DNA of 55,620 bases from Acidimicrobiia bacterium (lineage in GTDB: Bacteria; Actinomycetota; Acidimicrobiia; Spongiisociales; JALYHC01): positions 1-55,620 of the forward strand of contig JBOGFC010000186.1 of the NCBI GenBank assembly GCA_050742155.1, read 5' to 3'. This document shows positions 8,619 through 18,299 of the stretch, piece by piece (position 1 is the stretch's first letter; each line of letters starts with the position of its first letter). The notes under the pieces were generated by a model that searched no databases, was not told the DNA's origin, and was given only the letters and a program-made list of their open reading frames with translations. The translations under genes and the position numbers were made by a program.

Positions 8619-8762
8619 CCCGGAAGTAGGTCGGATATATCGCCGAGGCCTCGGCGCCATCCGGCGAGGACGCACGACGAATGTGCAGCCTGGCGCTGCG
8701 TCGAGGAGGAGGACGCCGCCGGGGGCGTCGAAGGCCGGCGAGATGCCGGTCGTACTTCCGGG
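8619..8762 (+). promoter_or_regulatory. Candidate structured RNA leader upstream of trmI (multi-helix junction)
   Basis: Perfect 10-bp closing helix CCCGGAAGTA (8619..8628) / TACTTCCGGG (8753..8762). It encloses three perfect local hairpins at 8641..8656, 8685..8699 and 8712..8729. No known family recognised. Confidence 0.3.
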
Positions 8763-8773
8763 TCGCTGCACTA

Positions 8774-9559
8774 GTGACCGGGGCGTTCCGGGCCGGCGAA
8801 CCGTGCCTCCTGGTCGACGGAAAGGGCCGCCACTACCTCATCACGCTGGAGCCCGGCAAAGCCTTCCACTTCCACGCCGGGTACCTGCCCCACGATCAGA
8901 TCATCGGCGCGCCGGAAGGAACGACGCTCGCCTCGTCGAGCGGCGCCCGGCTGGTGGCCTTTCGCCCCCGGCTGGCCGACTACATCCTCCGCATGAGGAG
9001 GGGTGCGCAGGTGGTCTACCCGAAGGACATCGGACCGATCCTGGTGTGGGCGGACATCGGGCCGGGGATGACCGTCGTCGAGGCGGGGACCGGTTCCGGA
9101 GCGCTGACCCTGGCTCTCGTGCGGGCGGTGGGCCGGGAAGGGCGGGTGGTGAGCGTGGAGCGGCGCGAGGACCATGCCGCCCACGCCCGGGTGAGGATCG
9201 AGGGCTTCCTCGGCTCGCTGCCACCCAGCCTGGAGCTTCGCATAGGCGACGTTGAGGAGGTGGTGCCCGAGGTCCGGCCCGAGCGGCTGGTCCTCGACCT
9301 GCCGGAGCCGTGGGAAGTGGTGCCGGCTGCCCGGGAGGGACTCGAGCCGGGCGGCGTGTTCTGCTGCTACCTGCCCACCGTTCCACAGCTCGAGACGACC
9401 GTGAAGGCGCTGGCCGCGGCGCGGTGCTTCCTCGAGCCCTCCATCTTCGAGGTGCTCCTCCGTGAGTGGACGGTGTCCGGGCGCTCGGTCCGCCCTTCGC
9501 ACCGAATGGTGGGCCATACCGGTTTCGTGCTGGTGACCAGGAAGACCTCAACTCCCTGA
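8774..9559 (+). CDS. trmI: tRNA (adenine(58)-N(1))-methyltransferase TrmI
   Basis: Track ORF 8681..9559 trimmed to GTG 8774 (residue 32). FRAGEPCLLVDGKGRHYLITLEPGKAFHFH aligns, from memory, with Rv2118c. SAM motif VVEAGTGSGALT. Its position next to arc is conserved. Confidence 0.9.
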   Translation: MTGAFRAGEPCLLVDGKGRHYLITLEPGKAFHFHAGYLPHDQIIGAPEGTTLASSSGARLVAFRPRLADYILRMRRGAQVVYPKDIGPILVWADIGPGMTVVEAGTGSGALTLALVRAVGREGRVVSVERREDHAAHARVRIEGFLGSLPPSLELRIGDVEEVVPEVRPERLVLDLPEPWEVVPAAREGLEPGGVFCCYLPTVPQLETTVKALAAARCFLEPSIFEVLLREWTVSGRSVRPSHRMVGHTGFVLVTRKTSTP

Positions 9560-9666
9560 GCAGCCTTTTCACTCTAGGTCCGGGAGCGGGGGGCCGATAG
9601 GAGGTCATCGGCGGTAAGGGCAGGCCGCCGTATACTGACCGGCAGGAGGACCGACCAGGGCTCAAC

Positions 9667-10620
9667 ATGGGTGACGAATACGCAGGGGAATACGAGGCCA
9701 GCCAGCTCCGCGGCACCATCAAGATGCTCGAAGAGGAGCTCGTCATCCTGCGCCGTCGCCTGCAAGACGCTCCCCGTCGGGTGCGGGTGCTCGAGGAGCG
9801 GCTCCTCGAGACCAAGGGGCAGCTCGCCCAGGCCGCCTCCCAGAACGACAAGCTCTCCGCCGTCCTCGAGGAAGCCCGTGAACAGCTCGCCCTGCTACGG
9901 GACGAGGTGGAGAAGCTCACCGCCCCGCCCAACACCTTCGGGATGATCCTCGGGGTGAACGAGGACGGGACCGTGGACTTGTTCACCTCGGGCCGCAAGA
10001 TGCGGGTCAACGTGGAGCCGGCCATCGAGATCAAGTCGCTGGTCAAGGGCCAGGAGGTGCTCCTCAACGAGGCCTTCAACGTGGTGGACATCCGCCACTT
10101 CGAGGTGGCCGGCGAGGTGGTGACCGTCAAGGAGAACCTCGCCGACGGACGTCTCTTGGTACTCGGCAGGGCCGATGAGCAGCGGGTTGTGGAGCTATCC
10201 GACCCGATGAAGGACCAGTTCCTGCGAGTGGGCGACCACGTGCGGATCGACCCGCGCACCGGACTGGTCTTCGAGCGCCTGGAGCGTCCGGAGGTGGAGG
10301 AGCTGATCCTCGAGGAAGTGCCGGACATCACCTACGAAGAGGTGGGTGGCCTGGCCCGCCAGATAGAGGACATCCGCGACGCCATCGAGCTGCCTTACGT
10401 GCACAAGGACCTCTTCGAGGATTACCGCCTGGTGGCCCCCAAGGGCGTGCTGCTCTACGGTCCGCCCGGCTGCGGCAAGACCCTGATCGCCAAGGCGGTG
10501 GCCAACAGCCTGGCCAAGGCGGTGGCCGCCAAGACCGGCCGGGACGACGCCCGCTCCTACTTCCTCAACATCAAGGGGCCGGAACTGCTCAACAAGTACG
10601 TCGGCGAGACCGAGCGGTAG
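9667..10620 (+). CDS. arc: arc/mpa N-terminal fragment ORF (coiled coil, OB domains, Walker A)
   Basis: 317-aa track ORF ending at the internal TAG. Confidence 0.7.
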   Translation: MGDEYAGEYEASQLRGTIKMLEEELVILRRRLQDAPRRVRVLEERLLETKGQLAQAASQNDKLSAVLEEAREQLALLRDEVEKLTAPPNTFGMILGVNEDGTVDLFTSGRKMRVNVEPAIEIKSLVKGQEVLLNEAFNVVDIRHFEVAGEVVTVKENLADGRLLVLGRADEQRVVELSDPMKDQFLRVGDHVRIDPRTGLVFERLERPEVEELILEEVPDITYEEVGGLARQIEDIRDAIELPYVHKDLFEDYRLVAPKGVLLYGPPGCGKTLIAKAVANSLAKAVAAKTGRDDARSYFLNIKGPELLNKYVGETER

Positions 10621-10665
10621 ATCCGCCTCATCTTCCAGCGGGCCAAGGAGAAGTCGGAGGAGGGC

Positions 10666-11397
10666 GTGCCGGTGATCGTCTTCTTCGACGAGATGGACTC
10701 GCTCTTCCGTACCCGAGGCTCGGGGATCTCCTCGGACGTGGAGTCGACGATCGTGCCGCAGCTCCTCTCCGAGCTCGACGGGGTGGAGAGCCTCAAGAAC
10801 GTGATCGTGATCGGAGCCTCCAACCGGGAGGATCTCATCGACCCGGCCATCCTCCGGCCGGGACGACTGGACGTGAAGATCAAGATCGAGCGCCCCGATC
10901 AGCAAGCGGCTGACGAGATCTTCCGGATCTACCTCAACCCGGACCTCCCCCTCGACAAGGAGGAGGTGAGCGAGGCCGGCGGGGACCGCCGGGGAGTGAT
11001 CGATTCGATGATCGGCCAGACCGTCGAGCGGATGTACTCGACCATCGACGACAACCGCTTCCTCGAGGTCACCTACGCCAACGGCGACAAGGAGGTCCTC
11101 TACTTCAAGGACTTCTCGTCGGGGGCGATGATCGAGAACATCGTGCGGCGAGCGAAGAAGGACGCCATCAAGCGACAGATAGCCGGGGGCGCCCCAGGTA
11201 TAAGGTCCACGGACCTGCAGCGGGCGATCAAGCAGGAGTTCCGCGAGCATGAGGACCTGCCCAACACGACCAATCCGGACGACTGGGCGAAGATCTCCGG
11301 AAAGAAGGGGGAGCGCATCGTCTACGTGCGCACACTCATCCAGGGCGATGGAGACAGCCGCAGCATCGAGACCGTCACCACGGGCCAGTACCTCTAG
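10666..11397 (+). CDS. arc: arc/mpa C-terminal fragment ORF (Walker B, sensor/arginine-finger region, GQYL tail)
   Basis: 243-aa track ORF starting at the first alternative start after the TAG. The conserved sequence already resumes at 10621 (IRLIFQRA), so independent translation is doubtful. Confidence 0.5.
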   Translation: MPVIVFFDEMDSLFRTRGSGISSDVESTIVPQLLSELDGVESLKNVIVIGASNREDLIDPAILRPGRLDVKIKIERPDQQAADEIFRIYLNPDLPLDKEEVSEAGGDRRGVIDSMIGQTVERMYSTIDDNRFLEVTYANGDKEVLYFKDFSSGAMIENIVRRAKKDAIKRQIAGGAPGIRSTDLQRAIKQEFREHEDLPNTTNPDDWAKISGKKGERIVYVRTLIQGDGDSRSIETVTTGQYL

Positions 11398-11400
11398 CTG

Positions 11401-12912
11401 ATGGCCATCCACAAGGTTCTCGGAACCGAGACGGAATACGGCATCACCATCCGACACCAGCCCGAGTTCAACCCCGCCCTGGCCTCCAGCCTGGTCATCA
11501 ACTCGTTCGCCGGCGGTCGGGCCCGTATCCAGTGGTCCTTCGAGGAGGAGTCTCCCGGCCGGGATGTCCGCGGCTACGCCTTCGAGGGCGGCCAGCCTCC
11601 CGAGGTGGAGACCGGTCTGGTCAACGTGGTGCTCACCAACGGCGCTCGCCTCTACGTCGACCACGCCCACCCCGAGTACTCCACTCCGGAGTGCTTCGAC
11701 CCGCTCGAGGCCGCCCTCTACGACAAGGCGGGCGAGCGAGTCCTGGCCCGGGCGGTGGCCGCCGCCCAGTCCATCCTGCGGGAGGGGGAGCGCCTTTCGG
11801 TCTACAAGAACAACTCGGACGGCAAGGGCAACTCCTACGGCGCCCACGAGAACTATCTCATCGCCCGCTCCCTCCCCTTCGGCGAGGTGGTGCGGTACCT
11901 GACGACCTTTCTGGTCACCCGGCAGATCTTCACCGGCTCGGGAAAGGTCGGCTCGGAGAACGGCCGTCCCCAGGTGGACTTTCAGCTCAGCCAGCGGGCC
12001 GACTTCTTCGAGGAGGAGGTGGGGCTGGAGACCACCCTGAAGCGGCCCATCATCAACACCCGCGACGAGCCACACAGCGACGCCAGCAAGTACCGGCGCC
12101 TGCACGTGATCATCGGCGACGCCAACCTCTCGGAGACCCAGGTCTTTCTCAAGCTGGGCTCGGCCGCCCTGGTGCTGATGGCCTTGGAGGACGGGGCGCT
12201 CCCGGAGGCGCTGCGGCTGTCCGACCCGGTGGCCTCCTGCTGGCAGGTGAGCCACGACTCCGGGCTACGGCTACCCCTTTCCCTGGCGGAGGGGGGAACG
12301 GCCACGGCCCTGGAGCTGCAGTGGCAGTACCTGGAGTGGATCCGCAAGTACGCCGAGCGCTCGATGGACGAGCCCGTATGGGACCGGATCCTCGACACCT
12401 GGGAGGAGGTGCTGGCCGACCTGGAGATCGACCCCCTGCGCACGGCCGACCGCCTCGATTGGGCCGCCAAGTATCGACTGTTGCAGGGCTACCGGGATCG
12501 GGACGAGCTCGGCTCCGATCACTCCAAGCTGCGGATGCTGGACCTCCAGTACCACGACGTGGACCCCGAGCGCGGGCTCTACCACCATCTGGTCCGGACC
12601 GGCCGCCTGCGCCGGTTGTTCACCGACGAGGAGGTGGAAAGGGCCGTTACGGTGCCTCCCGAGCGCACCCGGGCTTACTTCCGGGGGATGTGCGTGGCTC
12701 GGTTCTCAGGCTCGCTGGTGGCCGCCAACTGGGACTCTTTGGTCTTCGACGTGGGGGAGGACTCGCTCAAGCGGGTGCCTATGATGGAGCCCTTGCGCGG
12801 CGGTAAGGACAAGGTGGCCGGTTTGCTCGACCAGGCACCCGACGCGGCCAGTCTGGTCAATGCCCTGGGAGGTTCAGATGGCGGAGCAGGAGAAGAAGCA
12901 GAGCCAGCGTAG
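11401..12912 (+). CDS. dop: Pup deamidase/depupylase Dop
   Basis: 503 aa. [15 protein letters not shown] start and PafA-like ligase fold. Lies between arc and pup. Confidence 0.93.
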   Translation: MAIHKVLGTETEYGITIRHQPEFNPALASSLVINSFAGGRARIQWSFEEESPGRDVRGYAFEGGQPPEVETGLVNVVLTNGARLYVDHAHPEYSTPECFDPLEAALYDKAGERVLARAVAAAQSILREGERLSVYKNNSDGKGNSYGAHENYLIARSLPFGEVVRYLTTFLVTRQIFTGSGKVGSENGRPQVDFQLSQRADFFEEEVGLETTLKRPIINTRDEPHSDASKYRRLHVIIGDANLSETQVFLKLGSAALVLMALEDGALPEALRLSDPVASCWQVSHDSGLRLPLSLAEGGTATALELQWQYLEWIRKYAERSMDEPVWDRILDTWEEVLADLEIDPLRTADRLDWAAKYRLLQGYRDRDELGSDHSKLRMLDLQYHDVDPERGLYHHLVRTGRLRRLFTDEEVERAVTVPPERTRAYFRGMCVARFSGSLVAANWDSLVFDVGEDSLKRVPMMEPLRGGKDKVAGLLDQAPDAASLVNALGGSDGGAGEEAEPA

Positions 12913-13069
12913 GGCCGCCCCCATCGAGGAGCAGGCGGGCCCGGCAGAGACCGAGTCGGCCGAGGACCTGGCGGAGCGGATCGACGACCTGCTCGAGGAG
13001 ATCGACTCGGTGCTCGAGGAGAACGCCGAGGAGTTCGTCAAGAACTACGTCCAGAAGGGCGGGGAGTGA
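12878..13069 (+). CDS. pup: Prokaryotic ubiquitin-like protein Pup, C-terminal GGE form
   Basis: Track ORF 12860..13069 trimmed to ATG 12878, which follows GGAGG. 63 aa, acidic, ends YVQKGGE. Confidence 0.9.
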   Translation: MAEQEKKQSQRRAAPIEEQAGPAETESAEDLAERIDDLLEEIDSVLEENAEEFVKNYVQKGGE

Positions 13070-13866
13070 TCCAAGACCCCCGGCGGGGAGGCTTACCGCT
13101 GGTAGGGGGCCTCCCGGAATCCAGCTTCACCGCCCTGCTCCGGAGTTTCGATCTCCCCCCGAAGTGGGAGGCCTTGGGCGGAGAGGGCGCCCACATCTCG
13201 GCGCCCGAGGCGACCACCATCCTGGCCCTCCGGTTTGCCGACGGGGTGGTGATGGTGGGCGACCGGCAGGCCACCGACGGCTATTCCATCGTTCACAAGC
13301 GGGTACAGAAGGTCTTCCCGGCCGACCGCTTCACGGCGGTGGCCGTCTCCGGCACCGCCGGGCTGGCGCTCGAGCTGGTGCGCCTCTTCCAGACCGAGCT
13401 GGAGCACTACGAGAAGCTGGAAGGGTCCCGGCTGTCGATCGAGGGACAGGCCAACCACCTGGGAGCGATGATCCGCCAGCACCTGCCGATGGCGTTCCAG
13501 GGTCTCATCGTGGTACCGATCTTCTGTGGCTACGAGCCGCTGGAACAGCGGGGCCGCCTCTATGCCTATGACGTGGTGGGCGGACGGTACGAAGAGCAGG
13601 ATTTCGCCGCCACCGGATCCGGGGGCCGGGAGGCCAAGGCGTATCTGCGCGGGTCCTATCAGCCGGAGATGCCGGAGGACGATGCCCTCAAAGTGGGGAT
13701 GGGCGCCCTGGTGGCGGCGTCCGAGGAAGACACGGCCACGGGTGGGCCCGACCTTCGCAAGGGGATCTATCCGAACCTGATCACGATCAGCGGCGCCGGG
13801 TACCAGGAGGTGCCCGAGGAGCAGGTGGCCCGGGTGGCGCGGGAGGTGGTGGAGGGTACCGCGTGA
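13066..13866 (+). CDS. prcB: 20S proteasome beta subunit PrcB
   Basis: GTGA overlap with pup. A propeptide is followed by [17 protein letters not shown] (Thr-1 nucleophile). Confidence 0.93.
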   Translation: MIQDPRRGGLPLVGGLPESSFTALLRSFDLPPKWEALGGEGAHISAPEATTILALRFADGVVMVGDRQATDGYSIVHKRVQKVFPADRFTAVAVSGTAGLALELVRLFQTELEHYEKLEGSRLSIEGQANHLGAMIRQHLPMAFQGLIVVPIFCGYEPLEQRGRLYAYDVVGGRYEEQDFAATGSGGREAKAYLRGSYQPEMPEDDALKVGMGALVAASEEDTATGGPDLRKGIYPNLITISGAGYQEVPEEQVARVAREVVEGTA

Positions 13867-14558
13867 CCCTCCCCTTCTACGTCCCGCCCGAGCAGCTCAT
13901 CAAGGACAAGGCCGAGTTCGCACGCAAGGGGATCGCACGGGGTCGCTCGATCGTCGGTGTGGAGTACCGGGAGGGGATCCTCCTCTTGGCCGAGAACCCG
14001 AGCGGCATCCTCCACAAGATCTCGGAGATCTACGACCGGGTCGCCTTCGCCGGCGTGGGGAGGTACAACGAGTTCGAGGCGCTGCGGGTGGCCGGGATCC
14101 GGCACGCCGATCTGAAGGGCTATTCGTACGGGCGCCCGGACGTCACCGCCAAGGGCCTGGCCAACGCCTACTCGCAGACTCTCGGGAACATCTTCACGCA
14201 CGAGCTCAAGCCCTACGAGGTGGAGATCCTGGTGGCCGAGGTGGGCGAGGAGGCCGAAGGCAACCGGTTGTTCCGGGTGCTCTACGACGGGACGATCTAC
14301 GACGAGCACCGCTTCTGCGCCATCGGAGGCCAGTCAGAAGCGCTGGTCACCAAGATGGGCGAGCGGTATGAGGCCGACCTCTCCCTCGAGGAGGCGGTCC
14401 GGCTGGCCTCCGCAGCGTTCGAGTCCCTCGAGGATCGAGCCATTCCCGCCGAAGAGTGGGAGGGGGCGGTGCTCGACCGGACCCTCGGGCGGCGCACCTT
14501 CCGGCGATTGGCCGCCGAGGAGCTGGCGGCGGGGGCCGGCTCCCCGGCCAAGGACTGA
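13863..14558 (+). CDS. prcA: 20S proteasome alpha subunit PrcA
   Basis: GTGA overlap with prc[30 protein letters not shown] is the typical alpha-subunit N-terminus. Confidence 0.93.
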   Translation: MTLPFYVPPEQLIKDKAEFARKGIARGRSIVGVEYREGILLLAENPSGILHKISEIYDRVAFAGVGRYNEFEALRVAGIRHADLKGYSYGRPDVTAKGLANAYSQTLGNIFTHELKPYEVEILVAEVGEEAEGNRLFRVLYDGTIYDEHRFCAIGGQSEALVTKMGERYEADLSLEEAVRLASAAFESLEDRAIPAEEWEGAVLDRTLGRRTFRRLAAEELAAGAGSPAKD

Positions 14559-14566
14559 CGGCCCTC

Positions 14567-14622
14567 CCCCGTTCTTGCGTGAGTTCCGGACCGCCGGCGG
14601 ACCACTTCTCACGCAAGAACGG
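14567..14622. repeat. REP-like palindromic element, copy 1 (arms CCGTTCTTGCGTGAG / CTCACGCAAGAACGG); probable bidirectional terminator
   Basis: Perfect 15-bp stem with a 24-nt loop containing the palindrome CCGCCGGCGG. Starts 9 nt after the prcA stop, between convergent genes. Confidence 0.85.
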
Positions 14623-14651
14623 TGCGGAGCCCGGCGATCAGCCGCCCGGCC

Positions 14652-14897
14652 TCAAGGCTCGCCCTGGGTCCCCTCCAGCGCCTCGTCGATCTCGGCCGCC
14701 ATCATGACCATGCGCGAGAGCTCGATGTCGGCCTCCGGCACCCAGAGCTCGGTCTCCGCCATGGCCCCCACGGTCAACCGGTACGGGCCCATCCACTCCC
14801 CGCGCATGCGCACTTCGACGCCCTCCGACTGGAGACGGGCGGCCAGGATCTGAGCGGTTCCGGGATCGCTCACTCGGGCCAGCAGGACGAGGCTCAT
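14652..14897 (-). CDS. DUF2007-like small protein (putative signal-transducing protein fold)
   Basis: Last 81 aa of track ORF 14652..15347, starting at Met151. MSLVLLARVSDPGTAQILAARLQSEGVEV...ELWVPEADIELSRMVM fits DUF2007. The upstream part of that ORF is antisense to pafA. Confidence 0.6.
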   Translation of the reverse strand: MSLVLLARVSDPGTAQILAARLQSEGVEVRMRGEWMGPYRLTVGAMAETELWVPEADIELSRMVMMAAEIDEALEGTQGEP

Positions 14898-14954
14898 GAC
14901 ACCATTCTCGCCGACCGCCCCCGCTAGGTCACCCTGGCCGGGTACGCTGACCGG

Positions 14955-16310
14955 ATGGAGCGCCGCATCTTCGGAATCGAGAACGAGTATGGGGTCACCT
15001 GCACCCTCCGGGGGCAGCGGCGCCTCTCGCCCGACGAGGTGGCCCGCTACCTGTTCCGGCGGGTGGTGAGCTGGGGACGGTCGTCGAACGTCTTCCTCGA
15101 GAACGGGGCCCGGCTCTATCTGGACGTGGGCAGCCATCCCGAGTACGCCACCCCCGAGTGCGACAACCTCCACGAGCTGGTGGCCCACGACAAGGCGGGG
15201 GAGCGGGTGCTGGAGGGACTGCTGGATTCTGCCGAGCAGCGGCTGGAGGAGGAAGGCATCCGCGGCCAGATCTACCTCTTCAAGAACAACACCGACTCGG
15301 CCGGCAACTCCTACGGATGCCATGAGAACTACCTGGTAGGCCGGCAAGGCGACTTCCAGCGAGTGGTGGACACCCTGATCCCCTTCTTCGTCACCCGCCA
15401 GATCTTCTCCGGGGCCGGCAAGGTGCTGCAGACCGCCCGGGGGACGGTGTTCTGCCTCTCACAGCGGGCCGAGCACATCTGGGAGGGGGTTTCCTCGGCC
15501 ACGACCCGCAGCCGCCCGATCATCAACACCCGGGACGAGCCTCACGCCGACGCCGAGCGCTACCGGCGGCTGCACGTGATCGCCGGAGACTCGAACATGT
15601 CCGAGTACGCCACCTACGTCAAGGTGGGGACCACCGCCGCCCTCCTGCAGATGCTGGAGGACAACGTGGTGTTCCGCGACCTGACCCTGGAGAACCCGAT
15701 CCGGACCATCCGGGAGATCAGCCACGACACCACCTGTCGCCGGAAGGTGCGCCTGGCCAACGGCCGGGAGCTGTCGGCGCTCGACATGCAATGGGAGTAC
15801 CTGGAGCGAGCCCTCCGCTACAGCCGCAACCCCGGTTTCCCGGCCCCGGTGCAGCGGTCGGTGGAGATGTGGGAGCACCTGCTGACCGGCCTGGAGAAGG
15901 ACCCGCTCGGGTTGCAGCGGGAGGTGGACTGGGTCATCAAGTATCACCTGGTGGAGGGATACCGCCAGCGCCACGACCTCCCGATCGGCCACCCACGCCT
16001 CGCGCTGGTCGACCTCTCGTACCATGACGTCAACCAGCAGCGAGGCCTCTACTACCTCCTGGCCCGTCGGGGGATGGTGGATCGGGTGGTGACCGACGGC
16101 GCCATCGGGCAGGCGATCATGAAGCCTCCCCAGACCACCCGCGCCCGGCTGCGGGGCGAGTTCATCAAGGCCGCCAAGGCCGCCAAGCGGGACTTCACGG
16201 TCGACTGGGTCCACCTCAAGCTGAACGACCAGGCTCAGCGCACCGTGCTCTGCAAGGACCCCTTCCGCGCCCTGGACGATCGGGTGGACAAGCTGATCCG
16301 GAGCCTGTAG
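14955..16310 (+). CDS. pafA: Pup-protein ligase PafA
   Basis: 451 aa. [14 protein letters not shown]...[22 protein letters not shown]. Confidence 0.95.
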   Translation: MERRIFGIENEYGVTCTLRGQRRLSPDEVARYLFRRVVSWGRSSNVFLENGARLYLDVGSHPEYATPECDNLHELVAHDKAGERVLEGLLDSAEQRLEEEGIRGQIYLFKNNTDSAGNSYGCHENYLVGRQGDFQRVVDTLIPFFVTRQIFSGAGKVLQTARGTVFCLSQRAEHIWEGVSSATTRSRPIINTRDEPHADAERYRRLHVIAGDSNMSEYATYVKVGTTAALLQMLEDNVVFRDLTLENPIRTIREISHDTTCRRKVRLANGRELSALDMQWEYLERALRYSRNPGFPAPVQRSVEMWEHLLTGLEKDPLGLQREVDWVIKYHLVEGYRQRHDLPIGHPRLALVDLSYHDVNQQRGLYYLLARRGMVDRVVTDGAIGQAIMKPPQTTRARLRGEFIKAAKAAKRDFTVDWVHLKLNDQAQRTVLCKDPFRALDDRVDKLIRSL

Positions 16311-16390
16311 CCCGGGTTCCCGTCTCCGATGTTGACCCGGCCGGGTAGAAATCCGCTGCCAGGACGCAGCGGGTCCTACAGTCAGCCTCG

Positions 16391-17317
16391 ATGAAGCGCG
16401 TGCTCGAGCGGCTGCTGAACCTGCTGGCCTTCCTACTCGACGCCGGGCGACCGGTGACGGCCGACGAGATCCGCACCACGGTGGCGGGCTACGACCAGGA
16501 CTCGGAAGAGGCCTTCCGCCGCATGTTCGAGCGGGACAAGGATCTGTTGCGCGGGCTGGGGATCCCCCTCGAGCGGCGGCCCACCGACGCCTGGGAGGTG
16601 GACTTCGGCTACATGATCCGGCGGGACGCCTACGAGCTCCCGGACCCGGGACTCACCGACGAGGAGCGCGCCGCGCTCACCCTGGCCGCCCAGGTGGTGC
16701 GGTTGGGCGGCCAGCCCTCCGGGCCAGAGGCCCTCTTCAAGCTGGGCGGAGTGGCCGTGGGAGAGGGCGGCGAGGCGCTGGCCGCCGACCTGGGATCGAA
16801 TCCGGGCGACCTGGCCGTGCTCTTCCAAGCGGTCACTGAGCGCCGGGTGCTGCGGTTTGCCTACCGGGGGCGGGCCAGGGAGTTGCGACCGTACGCACTG
16901 GTCCACCAGCGCGGCCACTGGTATCTGCTGGCCGGCGAGCGGGGCAGCCGGGAGGCGCGCTCCTTCCGGGTCGACCGCATCTCGGAGCTCGAGCTGGACG
17001 ACCAGGCCGGTTCGTTCGAGCGGCCCAAGGGCTTTCAGGCCCGCCGGGTCCTGCCCCGCGAGCCCTGGGAGGCGGGGGAGGAGGACCTGACGGCCACCGT
17101 GCATTTCGATCCCGAGGCGGCCTGGTGGGCCCGCCGCCAGCTCCCTCCCGACGCCCAGATGGAGGAAACGGACTCGGGCGCCATGACCGCTCGGTTGGCG
17201 GTGGCCAACCCGGATGCCTTCGTGGGGTGGGTGTTGAGCTTCGGGGCGGCCGCCGAGGTGGTCGAGCCACCGCAGCTTCGCAAGCTGGTGGTCGAGCGGG
17301 TGCGAGGAGACCGATGA
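16391..17317 (+). CDS. pafB: HTH + WYL domain transcriptional regulator PafB
   Basis: 308 aa. N-terminal wHTH (RLLNLLAFLLDAGRPVTADEI). Lies after pafA. Confidence 0.85.
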   Translation: MKRVLERLLNLLAFLLDAGRPVTADEIRTTVAGYDQDSEEAFRRMFERDKDLLRGLGIPLERRPTDAWEVDFGYMIRRDAYELPDPGLTDEERAALTLAAQVVRLGGQPSGPEALFKLGGVAVGEGGEALAADLGSNPGDLAVLFQAVTERRVLRFAYRGRARELRPYALVHQRGHWYLLAGERGSREARSFRVDRISELELDDQAGSFERPKGFQARRVLPREPWEAGEEDLTATVHFDPEAAWWARRQLPPDAQMEETDSGAMTARLAVANPDAFVGWVLSFGAAAEVVEPPQLRKLVVERVRGDR

Positions 17318-18246
17318 CGTCCGGCCGCACCGCCCAGCGTCTCACGCGCATCCTCTCCATGCTTCCCTGGGTGATCGCCAACCCCGGCACCTCCGTGGAT
17401 GAGGTGTGCTCTCGCTTCGGGTACACGCGCCGGGAGCTGCTCTCCGACCTGGACCTGGTCTTCGTCTGTGGACTCCCGGGCTATGGACCCGGTGACCTCA
17501 TGGTGGCCTACGTGGAGGAGGACGAGGTGGTGGTCGACATGGCCGAGTACTTCTCACGGCCGCTGCGTCTGACTCCCGCCGAGGCGCTGGCCCTGCTGGC
17601 TTCGGGCATGGCATTGTGCGCCAGCGGCCAGGGAACCCCGGTCCTGGAGGCGGCGGTGAACAAGCTCTCCAGAGCCTTGGTGCCCGAGGCCGGTGACAGC
17701 CTGGTGGTGGAGCTGGCCGAGGAGCCGGGCATAGTCGGCGCTCTGCGCCGGGCGGCCCGAGACGGCCGGGTTGTCGAGCTGACCTACACGTCGCTCGGCA
17801 AGGGAGAGACCAGCGTCCGGCGGGTGGAGCCTTGGTCGGTGTTCTCCACGCTGGGTAACTGGTATCTCTCCGCCTACTGCCGGAGCGCCCACGGCGAACG
17901 GGTCTTTCGCCTGGACCGGGTGCGAGCATCCGAGTCGACCGAGGAGCGCTTCGAGCCTCCCGAGGAACCCCCGTCACCTCAGGTGCGATACACGCCGGGG
18001 GAGGAGGACGTCCGGTCGGTGATCCGGTTGGGGCAACGGGCCCGCTGGGTGGCCGAGTACTACCCCGTGGAGGTGCTGGAGAGCGGTGAGGACGGGATGC
18101 TGGTGCGCTTCAGCTCCGGCGATGCTGGAGTGGCCGCCCGGCTGCTCCTCCGGCTGGGCGGCGACGCCCGACTCGTCGAGGGCGCCGAGGTGGCCGCGGC
18201 GCTGGACGAGCTGCGGGGGCACATCCTTTCCCGCTACGGAGAGTGA
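17314..18246 (+). CDS. pafC: HTH + WYL domain transcriptional regulator PafC
   Basis: Track ORF 17125..18246 trimmed to ATG 17314 (residue 64), giving an ATGA overlap with pafB. Reads AQRLTRILSMLPWVIANPGTSVDEV. Confidence 0.85.
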   Translation: MTSGRTAQRLTRILSMLPWVIANPGTSVDEVCSRFGYTRRELLSDLDLVFVCGLPGYGPGDLMVAYVEEDEVVVDMAEYFSRPLRLTPAEALALLASGMALCASGQGTPVLEAAVNKLSRALVPEAGDSLVVELAEEPGIVGALRRAARDGRVVELTYTSLGKGETSVRRVEPWSVFSTLGNWYLSAYCRSAHGERVFRLDRVRASESTEERFEPPEEPPSPQVRYTPGEEDVRSVIRLGQRARWVAEYYPVEVLESGEDGMLVRFSSGDAGVAARLLLRLGGDARLVEGAEVAAALDELRGHILSRYGE

Positions 18247-18270
18247 CCATGGCTATTTCCCACTTAGTAC

Positions 18271-18299
18271 TTCAGACGGCCCCGCCTCGCTCCGATATT
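18271..18299 (+). promoter_or_regulatory. Candidate sigma-70-type promoter (TTCAGA-N17-GATATT) in a low-GC spacer
   Basis: Hexamers seen by eye, with correct 17-nt spacing, about 30 nt upstream of ATG 18330. No other support. Confidence 0.25.

Larger units (their letters stand above)
9667..11397 (+). pseudogene. arc: Proteasome-associated AAA+ ATPase ARC/Mpa; full-length frame interrupted by one in-frame TAG at 10618..10620. Pseudogene, sequencing error or read-through remains unresolved
   Basis: Track ORFs 9667..10620 and 10666..11397 are in the same frame. The junction reads [39 protein letters not shown], contiguous with the conserved ARC/Mpa sequence. Walker A GPPGCGKT lies upstream of the stop; Walker B and the C-terminal GQYL lie downstream. 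Confidence 0.9.

Noticed and set aside
10618-10620. TAG in arc as pyrrolysine or a reassigned sense codon
   Set aside because: TAG is used as an ordinary stop in this same window (ends of arc, dop and scpB, and the ORF at 8241). No pyl genes are seen here, and the lineage is not known for this. It cannot be fully excluded without the whole genome.
10195-12255. 686-aa minus-strand ORF
   Set aside because: It is antisense to arc and dop, both of which have unambiguous conserved sequences. This is a typical high-GC shadow ORF.
14871-14941. Apparent frameshift in the DUF2007-like gene when I hand-read the printed sequence
   Set aside because: My character-level reading gives one extra C at the 14880/14881 line break and one missing G at 14940/14941. 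The translations of track ORFs 14622..14927 (+) and 14652..15347 (-) instead imply TCGGGCCAGCAG and GCCGGGTAC. I treat this as my own reading error and follow the ORF track.
16332-16351. TTGACC ... TAGAAA upstream of pafB as a promoter or PafBC (RecA-NDp-like) motif
   Set aside because: The hexamers are only 8 nt apart, so this is not a sigma-70 promoter. The sequence also does not fit the tTGTCRgtg-N8-TAnnnT pattern when aligned.
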